DNA of 41,563 bases from Spirochaetota bacterium. GTDB taxonomy: Bacteria; Spirochaetota; Spirochaetia; Treponematales; UBA12059. A model generated the notes under the pieces. It was not told the DNA's origin. It saw nothing but the letters and a program-made list of their open reading frames with translations, and did not search any database. Shown here piece after piece: positions 1 through 9,228 of the stretch. Location: the NCBI GenBank assembly GCA_022703215.1, contig JAKLEE010000001.1, forward strand, positions 1 to 41,563. The letters are read 5' to 3'. How positions within the stretch are numbered: position 1 is the stretch's first letter; every line of letters begins with the position of its first letter. A program made the position numbers and the translations under genes.

Positions 1-1212
1 GAAGGCTTCGCGCCCGAACTCGCGGTCGTCACGCACGGCGGCGGCGAGGAGCTCGACGAGCCCCTCGTGCTCAGGCCCACCAGCGAGACCATCATCTGGG
101 ACAAGTACCGCGACTGGATCCAGTCCTGGCGCGACCTGCCGCTCCTCATCAACCAGTGGGCCAACGTGGTCCGCTGGGAGAAGCGCACCCGCCTCTTCCT
201 CCGCACCGCGGAATTCCTCTGGCAGGAAGGCCACACCGCCCACGAGACCTCGAAGGAAGCCGAGGAGGAAACCCTCCGCATGCTCGAGGTGTACCGCTCG
301 TTCGCCGAGGAATTCCTCGCGCTGCCGGTCGTGGCCGGCATCAAGAGCGAGAGCGAGAAGTTCGCCGGCGCGGTGCGGACCTACACCATCGAGGCCATGA
401 TGCAGGACCGGAAGGCCCTGCAGGCGGGCACCTCGCACTTCCTCGGCCAGAACTTCGCCAAAGCCTTCGACGTCAAGTTCCAGTCGCGGGAGGGCAAGCT
501 CGAGCACGTCTGGGCGACCAGCTGGGGCGTCTCGACGCGGCTCGTGGGCGCCATCATCATGACCCACTCCGACGACAAAGGCCTCGTGCTGCCCCCGACG
601 CTCGCGCCCGAGCAGGTCGTCATCGTCCCCATCTACAAGGGCGAGACCAAGGCGGCCGTGCTCGCGTACGGCGAAAAGCTGCTCGAAGCCCTCAAGGGCC
701 TCGGCCTCCGCGCGGTCTTCGATTCGGACGACTCGAACAGCCCGGGCTGGAAGTTCGCCGAATGGGAAATGCGCGGCACGCCGGTGCGCGTCGAGCTCGG
801 CCCCCGCGACATGGAGGCCGGCAAGGTGGTCATCGTCCGCCGCGACTCGGGCGAGAAGGAAATCGTCGCCGTCGAGGCGGCGCCTGCGCGCGTCCAGGAG
901 CTGATGGGCGTCATCCAGTCGGGCCTGCTCGAACGCGCCCGCTCGTTCCGCGTCGCCAACACGAAGCCGATAGCCACCCGCGAGGAAATGCTCGCGTTCT
1001 TCTCGAAGGAAGGCGCGGGCACGGCGGACGCCACGGGCGGCTTCGCCGAGGCGCTCTGGTGCGGCTCCGCGGAATGCGAGGCCGGCCTCAAGGCCGAGAC
1101 CAAGGCCACCCTCCGCTGCATGCCGATGGACCGCCAGGAAGGGATTTCGGGTTCCTGCGCGCTCTGCGGCGCCCCCGCGAAGCACCGCGCGGTCTTCGCC
1201 CGTAATTACTGA
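1..1212 (+). CDS. proS: Prolyl-tRNA synthetase, archaeal/eukaryote-like class II type, 5'-truncated at window edge
   Basis: Frame 1 is open from base 1 ([23 protein letters not shown]). Class II ProRS-like stretches are present ([31 protein letters not shown]). The C-terminal domain is Cys-rich and ends ..FARNY. Stop TGA at 1210-1212. Confidence 0.93.
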   Translation, partial: EGFAPELAVVTHGGGEELDEPLVLRPTSETIIWDKYRDWIQSWRDLPLLINQWANVVRWEKRTRLFLRTAEFLWQEGHTAHETSKEAEEETLRMLEVYRSFAEEFLALPVVAGIKSESEKFAGAVRTYTIEAMMQDRKALQAGTSHFLGQNFAKAFDVKFQSREGKLEHVWATSWGVSTRLVGAIIMTHSDDKGLVLPPTLAPEQVVIVPIYKGETKAAVLAYGEKLLEALKGLGLRAVFDSDDSNSPGWKFAEWEMRGTPVRVELGPRDMEAGKVVIVRRDSGEKEIVAVEAAPARVQELMGVIQSGLLERARSFRVANTKPIATREEMLAFFSKEGAGTADATGGFAEALWCGSAECEAGLKAETKATLRCMPMDRQEGISGSCALCGAPAKHRAVFARNY

Positions 1213-1277
1213 GAACGGCCCGCACGGCCCCGGGGTTCCGATATGGAAGGTGGCCGCAGCGATGCTTCGGATCAGCC

Positions 1278-2408
1278 ATGACCGGTCCTGAGGGTAGCCG
1301 CGGTCGACAGGCCGCCGCGGGAATGGCCATTCTCGCGGCGGCGGTTTTAGCCGGCTTCGCGCTCGCGGCGTGCGGCAAGCCCGCCCCGCGGTCGACTGAA
1401 GCCGTGTCCGATCCTTCCTACGCGGATGGCCTCATCCTGTACCTCACGGGCGCCGGCCTGGAGAATTCCGCCGACCTGGACGCCCGGACCTTCGCGCCGG
1501 CCCATGAGGCGGGCTTCATCGCGGCCCTGGCCTCCGCCGACGGCGGCGCCGCCCTCGCCATCAACCGCGCGGGAGCCGTACTCCTCGAGCTCGACGCGCG
1601 GACCCGTACGCTCAGGAAGAGGGAATACCCCACCCCCGAATTCGAGGGCAGGACGGTCGGCTCCATGTTCGTCGACGACGGGGGCGACATCCTCGTTTCC
1701 CTGTACCGGCATCCCGACGAAAACAGTCCCGACTCAGGCGGATCCTTGCTCAGGCTGGACCCTGGCTCCGGCATCTGGAGCGACGAAGGACTGCCGGCCC
1801 CCATCGACGCGGCGAGCGTCTACGCGATGCATCGCCTTGAAGACGGCCGCATCCTCGTGGCGACGCGGCGGGCCGAAGGCGATCGGATCGAGGCCGCCCG
1901 CTGGCTCGTCCGGCCCGACGGCAAGGTCGAGCCGCTGTCCCTGGCGGATTTCGAGAGCCTGCTCGCGCCCCGCCCGGCCCGACTGGCGCCACCGGCGCTT
2001 CGCGCCGCGCTCGGCAGCCTGGTCGAAGAGACCGGCGGCGCGCGGATTCTGGCCTACGCCCGGAATCCGCGCGGGGACGGAACCTGGTACGCCCTCGGCG
2101 ACGGAGCTCCCGAATCCACCGTGGAGGTCGTCGCCGCGATCGACGCATCGGGCACCGTCGCCTTCGCGGCGTTTCCCGAAGGCCCCGCCAAGACGGCGAG
2201 CTTCAAGGACGGGCTCGTGGAACTTTCCGATGTTTCGCTCGTCGCGCCGTCGCCGGGCGCCACCTGGAACGGCGCCCTGATCCATGGCGATTCGGAAGAT
2301 ACCCTCGTGCTCCTGCTCTCCTGGTGGGTGGAGCGCTTCCCCGACTCCGCGGGGAGCGGCTTGCTGGTCCGGCCGCTCGCTGGCCCCGGACGCGCCTCCG
2401 CGCTATAG
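1278..2408 (+). CDS. Hypothetical lipoprotein
   Basis: The N-terminus MTGPEGSRGRQAAAGMAILAAAVLAGFALAACGK has a charged n-region, a hydrophobic core and an L-A-A-C lipobox. Codon third-position GC bias is consistent with coding. No recognisable catalytic motif. An alternative start lies at 1323. Confidence 0.55.
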   Translation: MTGPEGSRGRQAAAGMAILAAAVLAGFALAACGKPAPRSTEAVSDPSYADGLILYLTGAGLENSADLDARTFAPAHEAGFIAALASADGGAALAINRAGAVLLELDARTRTLRKREYPTPEFEGRTVGSMFVDDGGDILVSLYRHPDENSPDSGGSLLRLDPGSGIWSDEGLPAPIDAASVYAMHRLEDGRILVATRRAEGDRIEAARWLVRPDGKVEPLSLADFESLLAPRPARLAPPALRAALGSLVEETGGARILAYARNPRGDGTWYALGDGAPESTVEVVAAIDASGTVAFAAFPEGPAKTASFKDGLVELSDVSLVAPSPGATWNGALIHGDSEDTLVLLLSWWVERFPDSAGSGLLVRPLAGPGRASAL

Positions 2409-2427
2409 TCGTAGCCGAGGTGTCCCG

Positions 2428-3180
2428 ATGAGCCCTTCCCGCGAGCGGATCGTCCTGTCGCTGCTGCTGGCCTCGTCCATGGCCGCGCACGCCATCGAGT
2501 TCGAAGCGCTGACGCCCCGTTTCGGCGTCGCGCTGGTCGCCAACGGCGTCCCCACGACCGACAGCGCGGCGGGTCCGATCGCCGGAACCGTCGGACTCGG
2601 GTTCCCGATGCCGATCGCAGCCGGATCCGCCTTGTCGTTCGAACCCGGCTTCGACGTGTTCTCCTACCACTCCGGGCTGCTCGAAACCCAACCCGCCACC
2701 GGACCCGTCCTCGAGCTCCCCCGCGCGGTTCCGGTCCCCGCGGAATCCGCGTCCTCCTCCTGGACCGCGGGACTGCTCCTGCAAGCGCCCTTCGTCTTTT
2801 CGCCGCGCCTGACGGGGACCTTCATGCCCGCCTTCGGCCTCGGACCGGCCATCCTCGTCCGCGTGGCCGCGGGGGGACCGACTCCGCTCGAGCTCAACGC
2901 CTGGTTTTTCGGGAAGGCCAGATGGCTATATGGAGAAGCGCTGATCGGCTTCGAAGTGGAGCTGGCGCCGCGGATGTCGCTGGCCGGAGGAATCCGGGGA
3001 CTCTACCCGCTCGCCAATCTCTGGACGGACGGCGATCCGGCGATGGCCCTCGACGGAGCCATCCTGCACCTGAGCCTCGGCATGCGCCTTTCATTCGGAA
3101 GTCCGGACGAAGAAGCGCCTCCGCCCGGGGGCGGCTCCGTCGAGGATGGCGGTTCCGCCGCGGACTCCGCCGCGCCATGA
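2428..3180 (+). CDS. Hypothetical secreted protein, possible outer-membrane beta-barrel
   Basis: The ATG at 2428 gives a signal peptide (MSPSRERIVLSLLLASSMAAHA). The body has alternating hydrophobic stretches, with a late strand LHLSLGMRLSF followed by an acidic, Gly/Pro-rich tail. The stop overlaps the next start (ATGA at 3177-3180). Confidence 0.5.
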   Translation: MSPSRERIVLSLLLASSMAAHAIEFEALTPRFGVALVANGVPTTDSAAGPIAGTVGLGFPMPIAAGSALSFEPGFDVFSYHSGLLETQPATGPVLELPRAVPVPAESASSSWTAGLLLQAPFVFSPRLTGTFMPAFGLGPAILVRVAAGGPTPLELNAWFFGKARWLYGEALIGFEVELAPRMSLAGGIRGLYPLANLWTDGDPAMALDGAILHLSLGMRLSFGSPDEEAPPPGGGSVEDGGSAADSAAP

Positions 3181-3965
3181 AGAGGCCCGAAGATCCCGAT
3201 GCCGACTCGGCGCTCCGCGTCGCGGCGGATGCCGGACGCCTCGTGCTCGAGAGCGGCGGCGAAACCTACCGCTCGGAAGAGGCCATGCTCGCCTTCCTTA
3301 CCGCGTTCGGGGTCTGGAACGGTGAGAGCTTCGCGACGCCGACAGGCTTCATGCTCTCGTGCGACGGGGAGGATGGAAGATCGCGCGCGCTCGTCCGACG
3401 CGTGCGCACGCGCCAGATGAACCTGGAGCGGATTTCGGCCATCGACTCGCTCGCCAGGAAAGCCACCGCGGGCGAGCTCGGATTCGACGCGGTCGAGGCG
3501 GAGCTCTGCGCCCTCGAGACCCGGAGCTCGTATCCAGCCTGGCTGGCGATTCCCGGGGCGGCGCTCGGAGCCGGCTTTTTTTCCCTGCTTTTCGGCGGGT
3601 CGTGGAAGGACGCGCTGGTCGCGGGATTCGTCGGCATCGCACTCGGCCGGATGGTTCAGAGGATACAGCGCGCGCGCGTCTCCGACTTCTTCGCGAACAT
3701 CGCGGGCGGCGCCTTCACCGCCTTCCTCTGCATGGCCGCCGCGCACTGGAACATCGCGGATGCCGCCGACAAGGCGATCATCGGCGCCATCATGCTCCTC
3801 GTGCCGGGCGTAACCATCACCAACGGCATTCGCGACATCATAGCGGGCGACCTGGTGGCGGGAATCGCGAGGATGACCGACGCGTTCATGTCGGCCGCCG
3901 GCATCTCCATCGGGGCCGGCGTCGGCCTCGAGACCTGGATGCTGCTGACCGGAGTGCTCGCGTGA
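3177..3965 (+). CDS. Threonine/serine exporter family protein, ThrE N-terminal type (YjjP-like)
   Basis: MKRPEDPDADSALRVAADAGRLVLESGGETYRSEEAM.. matches the hallmark GGETxR region of the ThrE/DUF1212 family. Multiple TM segments follow. ATGA overlap upstream and GTGA overlap downstream. Confidence 0.8.
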   Translation: MKRPEDPDADSALRVAADAGRLVLESGGETYRSEEAMLAFLTAFGVWNGESFATPTGFMLSCDGEDGRSRALVRRVRTRQMNLERISAIDSLARKATAGELGFDAVEAELCALETRSSYPAWLAIPGAALGAGFFSLLFGGSWKDALVAGFVGIALGRMVQRIQRARVSDFFANIAGGAFTAFLCMAAAHWNIADAADKAIIGAIMLLVPGVTITNGIRDIIAGDLVAGIARMTDAFMSAAGISIGAGVGLETWMLLTGVLA

Positions 3966-4444
3966 ACGGCGCCGCGCAGGTCGCGGTTTCCGCGGTCGCC
4001 ACCTTCGGCTTCGCGCTCATTTTCCGCGTCAAACCCCGCGACCTGCCGCTCGCGGCCGCCGGCGGCGCGATGGCGTGGGGCGTCCGCTTGCTCGCTGGCG
4101 CCTGGTCCGGCTCCGACCCCATGGCGTACTTCATCGCGGCCATCGCGGTAGGGCTGTATGCCGAGCTCGTCGCCACCATGATGCGGACGCCGGCCACCGT
4201 CATCATCGTCGCGTCGATCATCCCGCTCGTGCCCGGCGGGGGCATGTTCTATACGATGAGCCAGGCGACGGCGGGTGACGCGATCGCGGCGGCGACGACA
4301 GGCTTCGCGACGCTTATGCTCGCCGGCGCCATAGCCGCCGGCCTGGCCGTGGCGGCGGCGATCGCACGACTGGCGCCGAGGGGGCTCAGGCAGCGGGCCA
4401 GGCTCCGACGTCCCGCCACCCCGCGCGACCGAAACGCCGTCTAG
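3962..4444 (+). CDS. Threonine/serine exporter family protein, ThrE_2 type (YjjB-like) membrane subunit
   Basis: The GTG at 3962 overlaps the upstream TGA. The product is a small polytopic membrane protein (VSAVATFGFALIF.., IIPLVPGGGMFYTM), the usual partner of the preceding gene. Confidence 0.72.
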   Translation: MNGAAQVAVSAVATFGFALIFRVKPRDLPLAAAGGAMAWGVRLLAGAWSGSDPMAYFIAAIAVGLYAELVATMMRTPATVIIVASIIPLVPGGGMFYTMSQATAGDAIAAATTGFATLMLAGAIAAGLAVAAAIARLAPRGLRQRARLRRPATPRDRNAV

Positions 4445-7140
4445 CGCCCGAGCAGGCTGCCGAGCGCCACGCTCAGGGCTTCGATGCCGAACGGCTTCCT
4501 CAGGAATTTGAGCTTCGGCAAGGCCCGGGCGCGCTCGATGCGCTCGTCCTCGTCGTAGCCGGAAACCAGCAGGATGGGCAGGTCGGATCGGTGGGCCCGG
4601 AGCGCCAGTGCCAGGTCGAGGCCTGACATTCCGGGCATGGCCAGGTCCAGCACGGCCGCCACATACTCGTCCGTGGCCGCCTCGAAACGCCGGATGGCCG
4701 ACTCGCCGCGGCTCTCGCCGAAGGCCTCGTACCCGCAAACCTTCAGCATGCGTCCGAGGCTTTCCAGCATCACCGCGTCATCCTCGACCACGAGCACGCG
4801 GCCCAGGCCCTTGCCGGAGACCATCGGGCGGCCCGTCGGCTCCGGCGCGGCCTCGGCGCTCGCGACGGCCGCGAGGGCGGGCAGCCGCAACTCGATCCTC
4901 GTTCCCCGGCCCAGCGTCGATTCCACGTGCACCGAACCGCCATGCCGTTCGGCGATGCCATAGACCATGGTGAGCCCGAGGCCGGAGCCCTTGCCGCCGA
5001 TCTTGGTGGTGAAAAACGGGTCGAAGATGCGTTCGATCGTCTCGGGTCGGATACCGACGCCCCGGTCCGTCACGGAAATGGCCCACAGCGCGGCGGCGCC
5101 ACCTTCCGGCTCCCCGTCGACGGATTCGGGACGCAGCCGCTCAAGGCCGACCGTGACCAAACCGCCGCGCGATTCGCCCTCGGCCCTCATGATGGTCATG
5201 GCGTCGCGGGCGTTGACGAGCAGGTTGAGCAAGGCCTGTTCCAGCTGGACAGCCTCGCCCATGGCCATGCAGGAGGAAGCCGGCCGCTCGAAGGCTATCT
5301 CGACCGACGGATCGAAGGTCCGCCGGCAAAGCTTGACCGTGGAATCCACGATTGATGCCAGGTCCACGGGGGCGAGAGTCATCTCCTGCCGTCGCGACAG
5401 GACGAGGAGCTGCCGGACCACCTCGGCTGCGTGGCGGGACGAGCGGAGTATCGACTGCACCGCCTCCTGCACCTCGGCCCTGTCCGGCGGCCTCGGGTCG
5501 TCGGCGGACAGTCCGAGCACGCTGGCGGTGCCGACGATGCCCCCGAGCACGTTGTTGAGGTCGTGTGCGAGACCGGCCGCCAGCGTGCCGACGGTCTCCA
5601 GCTTCTGCGAGCGCCGGAGCTGCCGCTCGAGCCGGTCGATATCAGCCAGGTCGAAAAACGAGATCACGACGCTCGTCGCCGAGGCCGGTCCCAGGGGCTC
5701 GAGCACCACGGAGAACGCCTTCCGTCCCGGCATGTCGAATTCCCTGCGGATGAAGGACTGCCGTTCCCGCAGGGACCGTGTCCGCTCCACGTCGGAACCG
5801 AGCTCCGCGAGCGCCGGACAGGCCTGCGCCAGGCCGCGTCCCATCAAGTCTTCCGGCTCGCGTCCGAACGCGTCGATGGCGGCCTCGTTCCAGGCTTCGA
5901 TGCGTCCCTTCGGATCCACCACGAGGATCGGCGTCGGCAGGGCATCGAGGAGTCCGCTCTGGAAGGCGCGAAGGTCGTCGAGGCGGTTCTCGCGATCACC
6001 GATGGCGGCCGCCATGGCGTTGACGGCCCTCGCGATGTCCCCGAGCTCGTCGCGCCAGGTTTCAGGCAGGCCGGGAAGGTAGGACCCCCGCTCCACGGCG
6101 CTGATCCCGCCTACCAGGGTCTCGATCCGCCGCACGAACCAGGTGAGCGTCGCGCGATAGGCCAAGGCTGCCGTCGCCAGTCCGAAAACGAGCACCGAGA
6201 GGGTGAGGAATATCCTCACGGTCCGGAGCGGCGCGAAGAACTCGTCGCGGTAGAGGCCGGCCGCGACGGTCCAGTTCCAGGGGCGGTAGTAAGCGACAAA
6301 GGTCAGCTTGGACCGCGGCCGGGCTTCCCCCGGATTCACCCAGCTGTATTCCGTCCAGGCCAGTTCGCCCTCGGGCCGCGAGACGAGCGTGCCCGCGAGC
6401 GCGACGAGACCGCGTGCGATCGCTTCGCCTTCGTCGTTCAGGATGTCCGAGGCGTCCACCGCCGCGAGGCGCGGGTGGAAGATCTCGTGAACCTTCCCGT
6501 TCCCGGAATCGTCCTCCGTCGAGCTCAGCGCGAAGACGTAGCCAGAGGTCCTCAGTCGCACCGCGGCCTTCGCGAGGTCGTAGACGAGCCTGAGCTGCAT
6601 CGGTCCGTTGGCGAATTCCTGCTGCCGCCGGAACGGAATGGTCTCGAGCGCGGTTTCGAGGGCACGCACGAGCTCCGCGTCGTCCACGACGTAGGCGCCC
6701 GATTCGATCCGCCCGATCTTGCGGGAGGACCACGACAGGCTTGAATCCAGGGGGGACACAACCAGCTCGGATGCGTCGATTCCCAGCTCCACGAACAGGC
6801 GCACCAGGAACGTGACGCTGAAGGACGCGACGCGGAATTCCGAGAGACGGCCGGCGTAGACCCGCCTCAGGCGCGCGATGGCAGACTCGATCGTCTCCTC
6901 GCCGCGCTCCACCCGCAAGCGGTGCTCGTCCACGAGCTCGAGCGCGCCGAGCACCGCGTCCTGCACCTGGCCGCGGGCGCTCGTCTCGAAGGAGTAGGCC
7001 GCGAGCCGGTACGCGAGGAAGCCCGTCACCGCGAGCGGCAGTATCGTCGCCGCGGCGACCGCCCCCGCGGCGCGCGCCGCGAGGGTCCCCCTGAAAGTCC
7101 GCGCGATGTGGGAGAACGGGCGGAAGCGGGCGTTGTTCAT
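4441..7140 (-). CDS. Hybrid sensor histidine kinase (periplasmic sensor, HAMP, PAS, HisKA, HATPase, C-terminal receiver)
   Basis: Two TM segments flank a roughly 270-aa extracytoplasmic region. H-box LAAGLAHDLNNVLGGI, N-box LLNLLVNARDAM and G-box GKGSGLGLTMVYGI are present. The receiver domain reads VLVVEDD...VLDLAMPGMSG...LRKPF. Confidence 0.9.
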   Translation of the reverse strand: MNNARFRPFSHIARTFRGTLAARAAGAVAAATILPLAVTGFLAYRLAAYSFETSARGQVQDAVLGALELVDEHRLRVERGEETIESAIARLRRVYAGRLSEFRVASFSVTFLVRLFVELGIDASELVVSPLDSSLSWSSRKIGRIESGAYVVDDAELVRALETALETIPFRRQQEFANGPMQLRLVYDLAKAAVRLRTSGYVFALSSTEDDSGNGKVHEIFHPRLAAVDASDILNDEGEAIARGLVALAGTLVSRPEGELAWTEYSWVNPGEARPRSKLTFVAYYRPWNWTVAAGLYRDEFFAPLRTVRIFLTLSVLVFGLATAALAYRATLTWFVRRIETLVGGISAVERGSYLPGLPETWRDELGDIARAVNAMAAAIGDRENRLDDLRAFQSGLLDALPTPILVVDPKGRIEAWNEAAIDAFGREPEDLMGRGLAQACPALAELGSDVERTRSLRERQSFIRREFDMPGRKAFSVVLEPLGPASATSVVISFFDLADIDRLERQLRRSQKLETVGTLAAGLAHDLNNVLGGIVGTASVLGLSADDPRPPDRAEVQEAVQSILRSSRHAAEVVRQLLVLSRRQEMTLAPVDLASIVDSTVKLCRRTFDPSVEIAFERPASSCMAMGEAVQLEQALLNLLVNARDAMTIMRAEGESRGGLVTVGLERLRPESVDGEPEGGAAALWAISVTDRGVGIRPETIERIFDPFFTTKIGGKGSGLGLTMVYGIAERHGGSVHVESTLGRGTRIELRLPALAAVASAEAAPEPTGRPMVSGKGLGRVLVVEDDAVMLESLGRMLKVCGYEAFGESRGESAIRRFEAATDEYVAAVLDLAMPGMSGLDLALALRAHRSDLPILLVSGYDEDERIERARALPKLKFLRKPFGIEALSVALGSLLGR

Positions 7141-7203
7141 GGGCTTTCCGAGCGAGGATATAGCGAATCGCCGATCGCGGCAAGCCGCGGATCGTCCCGC
7201 GGC

Positions 7204-8676
7204 CTAGTCGGCCAGGGTGACGGCTCCCGCGGCCGTACCGGCGCCCGCCGCGGCTATCGCCTCCGACTCGATGCCTGGCAGGGCCTCGGCGGCGTGCTCC
7301 CGGGTCAGGTTGCGAACCCAACGCTCGCCGCGAAGCCAGAGCCAGGCCGCCAGCCACTTCACGAAATCGGTCGTCTTGAGCAGCGCGAACATGGGCACGG
7401 GCCCCATGGGGGTGAGCAGGGCGAGCGCGAAGGCGCCCGGCAGGAACAGCAGCATATTCACGCCCACGTCCACCACCATGCCCATCATCGTGTCACCGCC
7501 CGCGCGGGAGACGGCGAACTGAGCGTTGAGCAAAGCCCAGAGGGGCAGGTACGCGGAGATGACGAAGAGGAGCCCCCGGCTCACCTCGCGCGCATCGGCG
7601 CTCAGGTTCCCGAATACTATGGGTATGCCGAGCGTGGAAAGCGCCTCGAGCGCGCCGAGCGCCGCTCCGGCGATGACCGCCCCGGATTGGATCCAGCGGG
7701 CCCGTTCGCGGGCTTCGTCGAGCCGGTCCGCCCCGAGCGCGCCGCCCACGGTCACGCCGGTGGCGGTGTGGATGCCCGTGAACACGAGGAAGAACACGTT
7801 GGCGATAGTCCAGCCGGCCGCCATGCCGGCCACGACCTCCGCGCCGCCCCGCCCGTTGTAGAGCGCGGTGATGACCGTCTCCGAAACCACCCAGGTGGTC
7901 TCGGACAGCAGCATCGGACCGGACTTGCGCACCACCTCGATGAAAAGCTTGAGGTTCACGCGCGCGAGCGCCCGCAGCTTCGGGATGAAGACCGTCCGGT
8001 CCATGCGGATGAACGCGAGGAAAGCCGCGAACTCGACGAGCCGCGCGATCACCGTCGCGATGGCCGCTCCGTTCACGCCGAGCCGAGGCGCCCCGAGCGA
8101 ACCGTAGATCAGCAGCCAGTTGAAGAAGGTGTTGACCAGGGTCGCCGCCACGGAGATGTACAGCGGAGGGCGGGCCCTTCCGATCTCGCGCAGCCCGGTC
8201 GCGATCGAGGTGGAAACGGCCATCGGAATCCAGGCGATGGACACGATGCGCAGGTAGCCGGCCGCCTCGCGGATGATCTCGGGCCCCTGCGGATTACCGC
8301 CCAGCATGAGGGCGACCATGCGCTCGGGAATGGCGAGCGTCAGGAAGAGCCAGATCCCGGAAACGGCCAGCGAGGCCGCCAGCTTGAAGCGGTAAGCCTG
8401 GCGCATCCCCTCTTCGTCGCCCGAGCCCTTGAACTGCGACAGGTAGATGCCGCCCGCGCCGCACAGGGTGAACAGCACGACGAAGTAGACGAAGTTCACC
8501 TGGTTGGCAACGTTGACCGCGGCCATGCGCGCGTCGCCCAAGCCGGCCACCATGAAGTTGTCCACGAGGGACACGAGGCTCATGACGGCCTGCTGGAGCA
8601 TCACCGGGACGGCGACGCCGAGCGCGGTTCGGTAGAACGACCAGGGGCCGAGGAGCGGAATCCGGTTACGCGCCAT
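7204..8676 (-). CDS. MATE family efflux transporter
   Basis: The product has about 12 predicted TM segments and a typical MATE N-terminus (YRTALGVAVPVMLQQAVMSLVSLVDNFMVAGLG). ATG at 8676; an in-frame GTG at 8679 is an alternative start. Confidence 0.88.
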   Translation of the reverse strand: MARNRIPLLGPWSFYRTALGVAVPVMLQQAVMSLVSLVDNFMVAGLGDARMAAVNVANQVNFVYFVVLFTLCGAGGIYLSQFKGSGDEEGMRQAYRFKLAASLAVSGIWLFLTLAIPERMVALMLGGNPQGPEIIREAAGYLRIVSIAWIPMAVSTSIATGLREIGRARPPLYISVAATLVNTFFNWLLIYGSLGAPRLGVNGAAIATVIARLVEFAAFLAFIRMDRTVFIPKLRALARVNLKLFIEVVRKSGPMLLSETTWVVSETVITALYNGRGGAEVVAGMAAGWTIANVFFLVFTGIHTATGVTVGGALGADRLDEARERARWIQSGAVIAGAALGALEALSTLGIPIVFGNLSADAREVSRGLLFVISAYLPLWALLNAQFAVSRAGGDTMMGMVVDVGVNMLLFLPGAFALALLTPMGPVPMFALLKTTDFVKWLAAWLWLRGERWVRNLTREHAAEALPGIESEAIAAAGAGTAAGAVTLAD

Positions 8677-8685
8677 CACGGATGC

Positions 8686-9036
8686 CTAGTTCCGTCCGAA
8701 GCGGGCCATGAACCCGGGGATATCCGTGTAGTTGCTTTCCGCGACGAGAGCTCCGTCGCGGTAGTAGCGGACGTAGGGCACCTCGCGGTTCCCGAGGAAG
8801 TCTTCCTTCCAGTTCATGAATTCGTCGAAAAACGGCTCCGTGTCGTACTCGACCCAGAACACGGCCGGGTCGTCCGGAGCGGCAAGGCCTTCGAGCTTGC
8901 GTCGCAGATGGATCCACTGCGGACACCAACCCTGGGTCAGCACGACGGCCACGCGCGGCGCGGCGCCGAGGATATCCTTCCCGAATTCACCCGCGGCGAT
9001 GGCCGCCAGGCACTGATCCTTCGAAAGCTTCGTCAT
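8686..9036 (-). CDS. Thioredoxin-fold protein with single-Cys W-C-P-Q-W motif (hypothetical)
   Basis: The ATG at 9036 gives MTKLSKDQ... The stretch VAVVLTQGWCPQW sits where thioredoxins carry WCxxC. The gene ends 7 nt before the MATE gene start, so the two likely share an operon. Confidence 0.45.
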   Translation of the reverse strand: MTKLSKDQCLAAIAAGEFGKDILGAAPRVAVVLTQGWCPQWIHLRRKLEGLAAPDDPAVFWVEYDTEPFFDEFMNWKEDFLGNREVPYVRYYRDGALVAESNYTDIPGFMARFGRN

Positions 9037-9043
9037 GGACGCA

Positions 9044-9072
9044 AGGATATCGACGCGCGCACGTTTGGCCAA
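9044..9072 (-). promoter_or_regulatory. Putative sigma70-like promoter, leaderless type, for 8686-9036
   Basis: On the minus strand: TTGGCC (9067-9072), a 17-nt spacer, then TATCCT (9044-9049). Only 7 nt separate the -10 from the ATG at 9036, and there is no Shine-Dalgarno. Confidence 0.35.
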
Positions 9073-9190
9073 TGGGGACGGAGCCGGCGCTCTGGCTTTT
9101 CGGATCAAGCCGCCTTGTGGACAGGGCCCTTGGTGACAGTGATGGGCCATTGGGGACAGGGACGGTCCGCGCCAAAAATCTTGTCCGATG

Positions 9191-9219
9191 CTGACCCGAG
9201 CGTCCTCATGGGGTATGCT
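9191..9219 (+). promoter_or_regulatory. Putative promoter, leaderless type, for the omptin-patatin operon
   Basis: CTGACC (9191-9196), a 17-nt spacer, then TATGCT (9214-9219). Nine nt separate the -10 from the ATG at 9229, and there is no Shine-Dalgarno. Confidence 0.3.
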
Positions 9220-9228
9220 TCCGCCATC

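Noticed and set aside
4441-4444. Convergent genes (ThrE_2 and the hybrid kinase) share a palindromic CTAG that supplies TAG stops on both strands.
   Set aside because: The overlap is real but is a trivial consequence of CTAG being self-complementary. No regulatory meaning can be argued from the sequence alone.
6922-9228. The N-terminal 769 codons of the 1095-aa ORF 6922-10209.
   Set aside because: This stretch is antisense to the hybrid kinase, MATE and thioredoxin-like genes and has a junk-like composition. Only the part from 9229 on, with a signal peptide and omptin motifs, looks real.
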